Assembly: GCA_000934665.2 (NCBI GenBank)
Contig: KZ538165.1
Span: 62,001-114,552, forward strand
Length of the DNA: 52,552 bases
Direction of reading: 5' to 3'
DNA from: Catajapyx aquilonaris
Lineage: Eukaryota
Shown here: positions 23,896 to 35,269 of the stretch, piece after piece
Layout of the letters: every line of letters starts with the position of its first letter
Position numbering within the stretch: the first letter of the stretch is position 1
Notes under the pieces: model-generated
Databases searched by the model: none
What the model was told of the DNA's origin: nothing
The model's input: the letters and a program-made list of their open reading frames with translations, nothing else
Made by a program: the position numbers and the translations under genes

Positions 23896-24166
23896 CCGAA
23901 GCAGGTTGGCATAGTGGATAAGGCGTCCTACTGCTAATCGGGAGGTCCTGGGTTCGAATCCCGGAGCCGGAAACTCTGACCGTGGTTTTCTGTGGTTTCC
24001 CACGGTCCTTCCAGGGAAATTCCGGAGTTGCTTCCGTAATTAATAGGCCACAGCCGCTTCCTTCCGTCCCTATCCTATCCCAAAGAGCGCAGTAAAATGA
24101 AAGCAAAGAGTTCCAGCCAAAACAAACTTCCCCCCTAAAGAGCCGATGGCTCATAACGGGGTACGA

Positions 24167-24233
<67 letters not shown>
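23896..24233 (+). mobile_element. tRNA-derived SINE (family C) with long (TTA)n tail
   Basis: TGGCATAGTGG A-box, CTGCTAA anticodon-like loop, GGTTCGAATCC B-box, (TTA)n at 24168-24233. Confidence 0.9.
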
Positions 24234-24234
<1 letters not shown>

Positions 24235-24235
<1 letters not shown>

Positions 24236-24732
24236 CCTTTGACGCCAGAGTTTTTTTGGCCACTTTAGTCTCTTTTTGAAAAAAAAATTCCAATGGGAGT
24301 ATTATGAAAAACAATATGGCTATGCTCCAATATTTATCATTTCAACTCGTGGTGGTCCTTTTCAATGTCAAATGCCAAAAAAATTCATCTACAGGGGGTT
24401 CCAGAAAAAAATTTATTAACTTTAAACGTTATTAAATTTATTTAAATTTTTAAAGTCACTAAAATTGTTACTATGGTTACATAATACTACTAAAACACTA
24501 CTTTGAGAAATTCCTACGAGTCCAGACACCACATGTTGTCAAAAACTTTCAGGCGGGAGGGGGTATGTTTAGCTCCCACTGGGAGGCGGAAAAACTGATT
24601 AGCATACGCCATGGTAGTTGAGCCCCTTTCCACGAGGTGGTAGGAGCAGTTTGAGCCATTTTTGTGTAAACTCTTGCGCTCCCAGTTCAAAAACCAGCAG
24701 GACATCATACGATGTTCGTAGGCATCAAAGGG
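24235..24732. mobile_element. piggyBac-like MITE
   Basis: TTAA|CCCTTTGACGCC...GGCATCAAAGGG|TTAA; related left end near 48035. Confidence 0.85.
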
Positions 24733-24932
24733 TTAAAGTTATAACAACTTGCAACTTGTTTCGTGATTTTCAAAATGGTGCTAACAAATGTCGGTGTTGC
24801 TGTGGCTTCATTAATTGCAGCTTGTCTGGGGCAATACCAGTCACACTACTGTTGCCTGCAACAAGATGATAAGTCCTGTTTTGAACTTGTCTGCAGATAT
24901 CAGCCTATTATTATACAGGGTGTTTCATACTA

Positions 24933-25732
24933 CAGTGAAACCTACCCATTACGGACCCTGGGTGGAGCGGAAACCTATCCATTGAGGGATTTTTTTCCGG
25001 GAATGGGCATATGCATAGGGCATGCAATGTATTTTTTGATGGATCTAACGGAACCTGCCCAATGCGGAAACGGAAGGGATATTTGTCTCCCTTCAAAGAA
25101 AATCCCCAGTTCATAACGGAAATAAAAAGGTTCACATTATCTCCTGCGAGTCAGCCAGGTTCACTCGTGACCCTCCCAGGAGGCCTCTTAACCCTTTTTT
25201 GGACTGGCCTTTCACCATACAGTCTCTCCTCATTGTTGGAATTGCCGGGAATTGCTATCGACCAGTGGCCTTGAAGATATTTTGAGAAGAAAGGGGACCA
25301 TTTTTGGTTGAAAAACGGAGATGCGGCTTGTAGGGTGCCTGCCTTCAAGTTCACTGTTCAGGCCAGTTTTAAAATGTCGGGGAAGAGGAAGGGGTTGACA
25401 AAGGCTCAATGTATTGCTCGTGTCCGGGCAGATGGTCCAACAGAGCAGGGAAAATTAATGGCCCCAAAACTTGGTATGCCAAAACTTAGTGTTTCAAATG
25501 GGTGGCTGGAAAGTTATCGCAACAGGCACCGAATTTCGCGGGAAAAAGTGTGTGGTGGACTGATTTTGCACCATACTGAAGGTAAGGTGCTTCTTTTTGC
25601 ACCATCCATTTTCCTCTCTTTCTCGCTGGCAAAAAAACTCGGTAACATTCTTGATCTGAATATAACGGAAACCTGTCCAATACGGAAAATTTTTAGGGTC
25701 CCGTGCGATTCCGTAATACACAGGTTTCACTG
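24933..25732 (+). mobile_element. Tigger/pogo deletion derivative with transposase N-terminal remnant, nested in the TIR of a CAGGGTG MITE (about 24916-26200)
   Basis: TA|CAGTGAAACCT...AGGTTTCACTG|TA; ORF 25308-25820 has MSGKRKGLT and a CENP-B-type HTH motif SNGWLESYRNRHRI; the host resembles 29482-29859. Confidence 0.82.
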
Positions 25733-26369
25733 TACTAGGCCATTCAGACAGCCCCATACTGATTGGCCCAAAACAAGTGAAAAATGTATGGGTGAGAAAT
25801 GTCGAGGGACAAACTGGTGATGAGATAGATGACCATACACATTTGCCTGCCTCTAGATGCGCACCGCAACATATGACACCTTTTTGTAGGGAGCCAGCCT
25901 GACAGATGGATTTTCTCACCATACATTGGTTGCCTGGGGAGCAGGATATAAGCATGATAATTACGATTAACTGACGGAATTTTGCGAGATCACCTCTTTT
26001 TCAGTCATGATTATCACGTTCACATCCTCCTCCTTAGGAAACCACAGTGTCAGGTGAGAGGGTCTACCTGTCAGGAGATCTTGCTAGAAAGAGGTGTTGT
26101 GTAGGGGCAAGCTAATGTGTCTGCCCATCGACCTCATCACCAGTTGGTCCCTTGACATTTCACACCCCTACATTTTTTACTTGTGTGGGGCGAATGAGTA
26201 CCCTGCCTGCCAGATGACCGACCTGTAACAAACATCCTGTAATTTGTTACCTTTCCAAGTGGATATACAGGGAATAAATGAAATAAATGCGCATATTTTG
26301 TGGAATGATTAAGTAACTGGAAATGAACTTTTTTCTGCCAATACACCTGATGCCGCAGGCGTGCCTAAT

Positions 26370-26883
26370 CAGCCCTCCGCAACTTCCTATCTAGCCATAC
26401 GGGGAAGGCCGTGCGCTTAGCTGGTCCTCTAACCCCGGATGTAGAGTCCTCTAACCCGGATGTAGAGCCCTGCATCAAAACGCATTCGGGGGGACATCTT
26501 GGAACCGTCTGAACCTACCTATACTGTCAACTCCCATCAGCCCACGTTTGCAGATCCAACCATCAGCCACCCGAATGCAATTTGGAATTTGGAATGCAAT
26601 CAATGTCATAACAACACATCTACCATTAATACTTAATAACTTCCAATCCAAAAAAATTATCATAACTATACATAATGACCTATAATGACAAAAACCCCTA
26701 AACCTGCATTCGGGTGGCTGGTGTGGTGGATCTACAAACCGGCGCTGATGGGAGTTGACAATATAGGTAGGTTCAGAACGGTTTAGAGACGTCCCCCCGA
26801 ATGCGTTTTGATACTGGGCTCTACATCCGGGGTTAGTGGACCAGCTAAGCGCATGGGAAAAGATAGCTGGTTGCGGGGGGCTG
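26370..26883. mobile_element. Fold-back MITE
   Basis: Inverted arms about 26370-26580 and 26705-26883. Confidence 0.75.
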
Positions 26884-26956
26884 TGTCTAAAAATGTAAGT
26901 ACTAATCTGAGGCTCAATGCATTTTACTGGTTACTAGGTAGAGATCAATTAATAAT

Positions 26957-27365
26957 GGTGCTTTTACATGTGAGCGATTTGATTGCGCGATGAATCCAAT
27001 TGTTTGGGGCAAAAGGAACAATCATGGTAATAATCGATTTTCGCCCCCAAACAATTGAGGCGCTCAGAGGGAGAACGGCATATCCCAGCCAAAGTTCTTT
27101 TTGAGAAAAATGGCTTTTTGTGTTTGGTTTGTGTATGTGTTTCCATTACGGACGAATTTTACAAGTGGAATATGTGAGCTTTGACATATTCCAATTCATT
27201 TGGTACATCAGCAAATGAAAGGTAGATGGTAGTAGAGTACAACAGCACTACACTCTCAAAAATGGAGGTCGCTTGGGATATGCCGTTCTTCCTCTGAGCT
27301 CCTCAATTGGATTCGTGGCTTGGCGATAACATCGCACGTTTAAATCGCTCACATGTAAACGCACC
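26957..27365. mobile_element. Harbinger-like MITE with nested GAG-terminated element (27057-27304, AATT TSD, Sola2-like)
   Basis: GGTGCTTTTACATGTGAGCGATTT...AAATCGCTCACATGTAAACGCACC; inner AATT|GAGG...CCTC|AATT with about 30-bp TIRs. Confidence 0.7.
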
Positions 27366-27396
27366 TTTGGGTTTTACTTTTTGTGCTCTCCCTATA

Positions 27397-28652
27397 GGGG
27401 ATATCGGGATCGGTTGTAACATCGCCAATGATAAATATGTTTGGAAAGCCCTGAAGCTGAAATTCACACAGCACGTGTGTCACTATGTCTTCTAAGCCAG
27501 GCAAAACTTACTTCTCTTTTTTGGTTTTTCGTTCTTCTATATGCAAAAAACCAAAATCAAGGTGTGTTCCCAACTTTTTTGAGTGTCAGTAATCAAGTGA
27601 TTATGTGAAGGGTAGATGTGACATTTAATTGCCCTTGGTATCATGAGAAAGGTTCCTTAGTGGTGTCACACTGACTGTATGGATGACCAAATCATGTGGG
27701 CAGTTAAAAAGTAGTAAGCATATCTACAAGACAACACACAAAGGGGGCAGTTGTAACAGCTTCCTTGGGGTCAGTTGTGACATGGTAAAATCATACGAGA
27801 AAGGTCAAGTCTGTCTACAGACGTTACAGCTACACGTCACATATCTCACAGGATATTGAGAGTAAAAATAGTTATTATTTTGTGCAATAAAGCTCTTATA
27901 AGGGGTCGTTCATATACCACGTGACCAATTTTGGGCCACTTTTTGACACCCCCCCCNNNNNNNNNNNNNNNNNNNNNNNNNNNNNNNNNNNNNNNNNNNN
28001 NNNNNNNNNNNNNNNNNNNNNNNNNNNNNNNNNNNNNNNNNNNNNNNNNNNNNNNNNNNNNNNNNNNNNNNNNNNNNNNNNNNNNNNNNNNNNNNNNNNN
28101 NNNNNNNNNNNNNNNNNNNNNNNNNNNNNNNNNNNNNNNNNNNNNNNNNNNNNNNNNNNNNNNCCCCCCCCTCCCCCCAAAACGGTCACGTGGTTTATGG
28201 ACGACCCCTAACCAGGTTGTCAAAAATTTATATGGATAAAAAAACTTCTCTTGCGATACTATTCTGCTGAATAAATTCCAGTGTATCGAGAGATAAAGAG
28301 CAATCTATGTGGCTCAAGTAGGCTGTAAAGACAATTGCCAAGAAGATGAGTGGGTGTAAACTGTTCTTTCATGTTACATTTACCATTTAAGACATAGTGT
28401 TAGTGTGTTACAATTGACCTCGCCGTCTGTTACAACCGCCCCTATGTTGGGGTCAGTTGTAACACACTGCCTTGCCTTGGAAAAATATTTATAACTTGAG
28501 CAATTTTTAATTTTAAGATTTTATAATGTTAATTTTTACATAGAGGAATGTTGCCTTATTTCCACCATGTCAAAAACATTTGCCTAAATGCATATGTAAC
28601 TGAATTTAAAAATCCAGACTAAAAAGTGTTAACAACAGACCCCGATCTCCCC
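27397..28652. mobile_element. pogo-like non-autonomous element
   Basis: TA|GGGGATATCGGG...CCCGATCTCCCC|TA; repeated CAGTTGTAACA motifs. Confidence 0.75.
27902..28208. mobile_element. PIF/Harbinger-type MITE (gap inside)
   Basis: TAA|GGGGTCGTTCATATACCACGTGACC...GGTCACGTGGTTTATGGACGACCCC|TAA; same family at 51341-51662. Confidence 0.85.
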
Positions 28653-28869
28653 TACTCGCCCACTTGGCAACTTCAAAAGGTAATCAGAAAATTGTATGGG
28701 GAGTTTACACTATCCCTATCCTTTGTTTGTGGTATGTGTATGGTGATTAATCAATGCACAAGTAACGCAACATTCAGGTAATCATAAATCGTGAACGTTA
28801 TTTTATCAAATATGTATTTTTCACATTCACTATTCACAGGTCGAGCTTGTGGTGAAAAGTTTGTCAAAC

Positions 28870-29227
28870 ATGCATATATTCAGCATGCACGTCTGCCAGA
28901 TGAGACACCAGGCCTCTCTGAGCAGGGAATGCCGTCTGAGCAGGGAATGCCGGCCTGAGCTTAAGAAAATGACCGGCCTTATGATGCTGGAACTGCGTGC
29001 TGAGAAGGTAAAATGGTTCCAAGACAATATGGACCCAATGTCAGGAAACACTTACACACCTCAAGAGGCTTGGGCTCTCATCGAGAAGTACCTTGCAAGG
29101 TTTGATGAGCAGATGCACTACCTCAATTTGGGTGAGCACCAAACCTCTCCAGTCCTGGCAAGGATGGGATTATCCATTAAGGACATTCAGAAGCATGAGC
29201 AGGAGGAGTTGATGTCTTCAGGGTTAG
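28870..29227 (+). CDS. TMA16: TMA16-like paralog, main exon (coding part)
   Basis: ORF 28849-29244; first in-frame ATG at 28870; donor GT at 29228. Confidence 0.82.
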
Positions 29228-32200
29228 GTGAGTTCAGATATTGAGAGTATTTGACCAATCACCAATGATTGTGAAGAGTAAAAAATAAGATATTTTCTGG
29301 TGTGGCCAAGAGGTGATGGCATGGGAAGGCATGTATTTTGTCTTGGGTGATGTCACATCCTGGAAGAGGAGGTGTAGATAGTGTACTGTACTGCAATGTC
29401 ATTTAATTGTATTTTAGAAACAGACTAGCGGAGGTTTATATTCAATGTGGTGAAAGTTTTTTTTAAACGCCACTTATAATACAGGGTGTTTCTTACTAGT
29501 AGGTCGACCCAAATTCAGTGTATTCCTTGGCCCAAAACAAGTCGAAAATGTAGGGAGGAGAAATGTCGAGGGACCAACCACACATGAGGTACATGACCAG
29601 AAACATTAGCCAGTGGTTGCCTAAGGAGTAGGATATGAGCGGTGATAATCACTTCTGTGAAAGAGGTGACCTTACAAATCCCAACAGTCACGATTATCAC
29701 GCTCATATCCTGCTCCTTAGGCAACCACGGGCCAATGTTTCTGGTCATGTACCTCGTGTATGGTAGGTCCCTCAACATTTCTCCCCCCTACATTTTCGGC
29801 TTGTTTTGGACTAAGGAATACACTGACTTCGGGTTGACCTACTAGTAAGAAACACCCTGTATCTTCAGCCTTAGAATAGTACCAACATCACAATGAGCCA
29901 CAGTGATGGCCAACAATATCAGCAATTTAACTTGCAATTAAATTCATGAGGTGACATTACTGTTCTAAGGCTGAAAGCATTATATTGACAATGGGCGGAG
30001 CGGGTAATTTCACCGACACCCACCTGGCCGACAGGCCATTTCACCAACAGACATTTCACCGACATACATTTCACCGACATGCCCATTCCACCGACAAGCC
30101 ATTTGACCGACAAGGAGGTCCCCCGACAGGGCGTTTCACTGACTGTCATTTGATTGACAAATTTACCCACACAATTCCGATATGAAAACCATCCTGTCAC
30201 TGGAGAGACGGGGTCCAGATCACACCTCATTTTCACGTTTCCCACGAGAATATCTTTTAGCGAATGAGTCACCTGCAGCTTCCCTTGTAAGCAGTTGTTG
30301 TCCGGGTGTCTGACTACAGGTATTTCATTCGTGCAATGTAACTGGAAATGTATATTCCGTTTATATTTTATAGAAATGGGAGACATCTGTCGTGGTTCCT
30401 TCCATAAGGGGCGCTGCGAAAATGAGGTGTGATCTGGACCCCGTCTCTCCAGTGACTGGATGGTTTTCATATCGGAATTGTGTGGGTAAATTTGTCGATC
30501 AAATGACTGTCGGTGAAACGCCCTGTCGGGGAACCTCCTTGTCGGTGAAATGTCTTGTCGGTGGAATGTCTTGTCGGTGAAATGACCCACACCCGACAAT
30601 GGGAAATACAGGGTGTTCCAGATTCGTGGGTCACTTTTTGATAACTGATATTGCCCAATAACAGTTATTTTTTGTAGCTTGTTGTGCCCCTAACCATGTG
30701 CCACATTCTATAGCTACTGCTATAGTTCTGTCATGAAGTCCAATGTCAAAAGAAGAGCTAGCCAGAAGAGAGTGCCCACATTTTTTATACATAGGATTTT
30801 GGGCATTTGGTGGGGTAAGCAATGTGCCAGTACAGGCTAGTTCTTGCCTATTGGTGGAGAGAAAAGTGAAAGGAAGGAGGGGTGATGACCACAAAGAGAA
30901 AAGAGAAGGGGGAGATAGGGTGGGGGCGAACTTGGTCACGCCTTTTACCATCGCACTTCCTGACAGAACTGTATATCCATAGAATGGAGCACATGGTTAG
31001 GGGCACAACAAGCTACAAAAAATAACTGCTATCAGGCAATGTCAGTTATCAAAAAGAGACCCACGAATCTGGAACACCTTGTATATTTGGGTTCTAGGAA
31101 ATTTCATCCCCATCGGGGATGTCCCAAGAGAAAGAGAGGAAAATCATGTCACGTGATATAAATTTAATATCCATACAAATATACCGGTACTGTACACTGC
31201 CGCCAGATGTAAGAAGACTGTAACTCAAAAACTAGTAAGGGTGAAAGTCGCATGCACGTCCTGCACTAATCCCTTCTGAGTCAGGAGGAATTAGTTCAGG
31301 GCATGCATGTGACTTTCACCCTTACTAGTTTTTGAGTTACGGTCTTCTTACATCTGATGGCAGTAGGCTACAGTACATGGTCATGCTGTGAGTGTGAAAT
31401 TACAAGAATGATAAAACCATTAGTCATTAAAGTTGTTAACATCACCCACATGAGACTGGTTGCCACTGCGATGCACAATACCTTTGCCAATGGTGTGGCA
31501 ACGGCCTGGGCATTTGGTCCTTTACCATTCTATGCGTTGCCAAATTTCTTTCCCCCCTGAACCAGGTTTCTGGAGTGAATAACTGAATCCTTGGTCAAGC
31601 AGCAGTCTCCTCCCCTTGTTCGTCCGCATGCAATCGAGCAGCACCTGCACAGATGCAGAATATAGTAACATATGAATCGTATGCGAAAACACAAATTATA
31701 CCTTTTACAAGGCCCTATTAAATTCTCACCTCCTTCCAGTAAGGGATCTCCATGGAAATGAGCCCCTTCATTTTCAAATCTCAGACGAATGCCAACTACA
31801 TGTATGACCTATAGTCCGGGCAGATTTGGTCAAAAAATTCGTTTCGCTCATATTGTGTGTTAATTTTGATCTGTTTGTGGGAAGTTGTTAAGCATGGTTA
31901 GAAGGTAAAAAGTCACCTTGTCGCCATTTTTTCTCCCACATATTACGGCTGCCGGCTTAGAAAAATGGCAACAAAAACAGGTTTTTCTATTTTATCTTTT
32001 TAACCGTACATTTTTTGAAAGATAATTAGACATGAAACATGAGAGAATTATACAGGGTGTTTCAGAGTCATGGGTCAAGCATGCGCGAGGGGGTGGGGAA
32101 AAATCGTAGGTGGCGACAACCCCCGGTCGGTTTTATAAAACAATTAGAAATGCGGCAGTAATCAATTTATTTATTACAGCCGTACGGCGTGACATCACAT

Positions 32201-34559
32201 CCTACTTTCTGTTCGAATCGAGTGGCGGGGTAACACAAGAATTATTGCCCGGTGCAATAAATATCAGGTTCATTTACGAGTGTATATTGACTTTAAAAAA
32301 AATATATAAAGTGTGTGACCAGCAAACAACCAAGTTGTTCTGTTAAGTTTTGAGATAAATTTTGATAAGTTGCCTAATAGTCAGCAGAAAGCAATTTATA
32401 ACTTTAAATATGTATTACACCATTTTAAAATATGTTTCTTATGCTCTACTTGAAATACGGTGATAAGAAAAATCTTAATCATGAATTTCAGCTGAACAGT
32501 TACACTTATCAAAACATTGATAAGTACATAATGGTATACTGTAAATCTCATTCTCTTTAACTTTTGTTTGAGTCGTGTTTTGATAATATTAACTGTTCAA
32601 AAAATAAAGCAATAATACATGTTTTTGCCACCATTTTTCCAATATGGCGGTTGTAATAGGTAGCTAAAATCATGGCGACAAGTTGCTTTTGTAACTTCTT
32701 ATGGTCCTTAACAACTTCCCACAAACAGATCAAAATTATCGTTAAAATTACAGCGGCACAGAATTTTTGAACAATTCTTCCCACGCTAATCCAGACAAAG
32801 GTAGTAATGGACATTGTCCGCTCGATTCTGGCTGAACGGTTACAGTTATCATAATATTGATATGGTACTCTTCGATGCGGTATATAAGTCTCTTCGTGTT
32901 TCATGTCTAATTATTTTTCAGAAAATGAATGGTTAAAAGATAAAATAGAAAAATCTGTTTTCGCCGCCATTTTTCTAAGATGGCAGCCGTAAGTGTGGGT
33001 GAAAAAATGGCGACAAGGTGATTTTTTACCTTCTAACCATGTTGAACAACTTTCCACAAACAGATCAAAATTAACACGCAATATGAGTGAAACTACAAAT
33101 CTGCCTGGACTACTAAGACAGTGCTGTCTAAAGGCCCATTCACACAGGCTGTTGATGGTTTTGGTCTTTGGTCGCGTTGACGTCACCAAAGACCAAAACC
33201 GTCGACGGCCTGTGTGAATGGGCTTTAATGTGGGATACTCCAGTGCGGTTACTCCCTATGGGGCATTGGATAGCATACTACTTTATTATTTTGTCTCACT
33301 GTGCTATATTTTAGAGATGTTTTCCGTGGGGACATTTTTTCTGGGGATGTAATGTGTCTGGGACGAAATTTAAGGATACCGTATATGTTCATCCCCCTAC
33401 TTATGTTTCAAACCTAGTGTACGTGAATTAGTGAAAATGCTTAGTCCAGTGATGCATATCATTCATGCTAAAGGGCCCTGGACTTGCCTGAGGGGCTAAT
33501 GAAATTTTTACGAAGGTATTTAAATGAGCTGGCCTATTCATGATTTAGTGAGAGTGGGAATGCGAGGTGTGATTCAAAATTTCTAGGATTTTGTTCATAA
33601 AAACATAAATATTTACTTAAGTCATAATTTCCACTGCCACCTTCAAAGTAGTCATCTTGGGCACGTGTATAACAATCCCAGTGAATTACCCATTTTTGGA
33701 AGCACTCCAAAAAATTGGCCAATTGTAGCATGTTCAGCACCTGCTGCGATTTTGCTTAGATCTCTTTAGTGGAGTCGAAATGCCTCCTTTTCTACCCAAA
33801 TTTCATTTTAGGGAAGAGGTAGAAATCACATGGGGTAAGGATAAGTGAATAGACAGGGTGGGGAACAGCATGCCGCCGCAGCCAATCCAACGTGGCGTGT
33901 GCCCTGTGAAGCATGTACAAGCAGTGTCAGCGCATTTTTATTCAATTTCTGATGGTCGAAGGCAATAGACCCATGGAAATCCATCAGAGAGTGCTTAAGG
34001 TGTACTCTGCCAGCTGTGTGACAAAGACTATCCTTGTTGAATGGTTCAGGATTCCGAGATGGCAGACCTTCCCCGACCAGGCCAGTCTCGGCCCGCAATC
34101 ACGCCTGCCATTATTACACGTGTGGACCAGCTGATTGGGGGGGGATTGTGGGTACATCTTGCTTACTTGGATGCACCGTACGTAAGCATTCTCTGATGGA
34201 TGTATGCGGGTCTATTTCCTTCGGCCTTCAGAAATTGAATTAAAATGCGCTGATACCGCTTGGTCATGCGCAACAGTGTGCACGCCCCCTTGGATTAGCT
34301 GCGGCAGCTTTCTTGGTATGCACGTGCAGGCTCTTACCTATGCATTTAGAAGGTATTAGCATGGCTTTAGACACTGTTAAGTTACAAGGTAACATTTATT
34401 AATGAGCATTTTCTTAAAACAGAAATACCTGACCTGCTTGATCCTGAGACAGCTGGCTACGTGCTCAGCTGGAATGGGCTACTTCGACTTCTACCTGCCA
34501 TAGTCATGAAGCGCTACACAAAGGAGGCTCTGAACATTGGCTGCTGTGAAGAAAATTAA
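28870..34559 (+). CDS. TMA16: Diverged TMA16 paralog: coding parts 28870-29227 and 34423-34559, about 164 aa; start codon uncertain
   Basis: Exon 28840-29227 (TTCACAG acceptor, G|GTGAGT donor) encodes AEKVKWFQDNMDP...YTP...IEKYLARF...EELMSSGL. Exon 34423-34559 encodes EIPDLLDPETAGYVLSWNGLLRLLPAIVMKRY...N*. Intron position and phase are the same as in the canonical copy at 45573-52080. Confidence 0.82.
29482..29859. mobile_element. Palindromic Tc1/mariner-type MITE
   Basis: TA|CAGGGTGTTTCTTACTAGTAGGTC...GACCTACTAGTAAGAAACACCCTG|TA; arms span almost the whole element. Confidence 0.9.
29996..30595. mobile_element. Fold-back MITE with subterminal 15-bp tandem repeats (Mutator-like, tentative)
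   Basis: TSD ACAATGGG; repeated CATTTCACCGACA units inverted at the two ends. Confidence 0.78.
30609..31081. mobile_element. Tc1/mariner-type MITE
   Basis: TA|CAGGGTGTTCCAGATTCGTGGGTC...GACCCACGAATCTGGAACACCTTG|TA; arms about 120 bp. Confidence 0.88.
31196..31364. mobile_element. Palindromic mini-MITE, about 170 bp
   Basis: Near-perfect hairpin ACTGCCGCCAGATGTAAGAAGAC...GTCTTCTTACATCTGATGGCAGT. Confidence 0.8.
31814..33110. mobile_element. Non-autonomous element with about 230-bp TIRs and a third internal arm copy
   Basis: TA|GTCCGGGCAGATTTG...CAAATCTGCCTGGAC|TA; degenerate arm copy near 32570-32740. Confidence 0.78.
33132..33225. mobile_element. 94-bp PIF/Harbinger-type hairpin MITE
   Basis: TAA|AGGCCCATTCACAC...GTGTGAATGGGCTT|TAA. 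Confidence 0.85.
33563..34310 (-). mobile_element. Rearranged mariner remnant
   Basis: CGAGGTGTGATTCAAAA TIR-like end; minus-strand C-terminal motif WDCYTRAQDDYFEG; inverted segments near 33878-33990 and 34185-34305. Confidence 0.65.
34423..34559 (+). CDS. TMA16: TMA16-like paralog, last exon
   Basis: AAACAG acceptor; EIPDLLDPET...SWNG.LR.LP.I.MKR; TAA at 34557-34559. Confidence 0.85.
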
Positions 34560-35269
34560 GCGGATGTGTTCATGAAAGTATTTGATGTGATGTGCAGTAT
34601 TTTAAAATGTAATGTATTTGGTGATTACTCACGTAAAAGATATATCCTTCTAGGTGAGCCACATAAAACCAGGGTTTTCGTCACAAGTAAATCTGGAATG
34701 AAATTCAGAAATCCCAACAACATGCATTTGAGGATACTTCCAATATTTACAGTAACAAGGAAGGGTCATTAATCTGATTCTCTCCAGTTCCCACAGAGTT
34801 CAGGCTTAAAGATGTGGGTTTTATGCATTTCATTCCGGATTTATGTGGTGATGATAAAGCTTTATGTGGATCACCCTGTATGAAAGAGCTGTTATCTGGA
34901 TCTATGAAATGCTGTAGGACTGAGCTATATTGTGATTGTTTTGTTTGTGACCTGAGCCATGAATACCTGACTGCATTTAATTTAAACCACTCGTTGTTCC
35001 ATACGTGGTTAATTGAGGTTAGTGTTATGGTAATTCCAAGAGTCATTGGTGTTTTGGCCAATTCTCTTGGCATCCCATGTGTTTTGTGCCATAAGCCAAG
35101 AGGATAACAATTTGTTTATACAGGGTGTGTGAGATGATACCACTTTCTCAGATCTGATTTTCTGGAAATATTCCAAGATGAAAATGTATTGGTTGATTTT
35201 TACAATTTTGGCTTCATTACCAGAAAAGATTGTTGTATTTTTGTCCTAAAGGTGTTATTATCTCCTTAA

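Noticed and set aside
23896..23975. tRNA-like cloverleaf with CTGCTAA loop
   Set aside because: It continues into a SINE body and tail, and a homologous head with TSD occurs at 19309-19538; it is a SINE head, not a tRNA gene. The same applies to 9934, 16370, 36089 and 44054.
27846..28239. ORFs spanning N-runs (also near 948-1379, 38750-39375, 45584-46367, 51329-51699)
   Set aside because: Open only because of assembly gaps. All five gaps abut poly-C/G runs, consistent with sequencing dropout rather than biology.
28840..29227. The main exons of both TMA16 copies are exactly 388 nt
   Set aside because: Internal indels differ (18-bp duplication, deletions, a +1 shift), so the equal length looks coincidental.
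29919..30599. 226-aa ORF with repeated FHRQ/SVK units
   Set aside because: Translation of the 15-bp subterminal repeats of a fold-back MITE; no protein motif.
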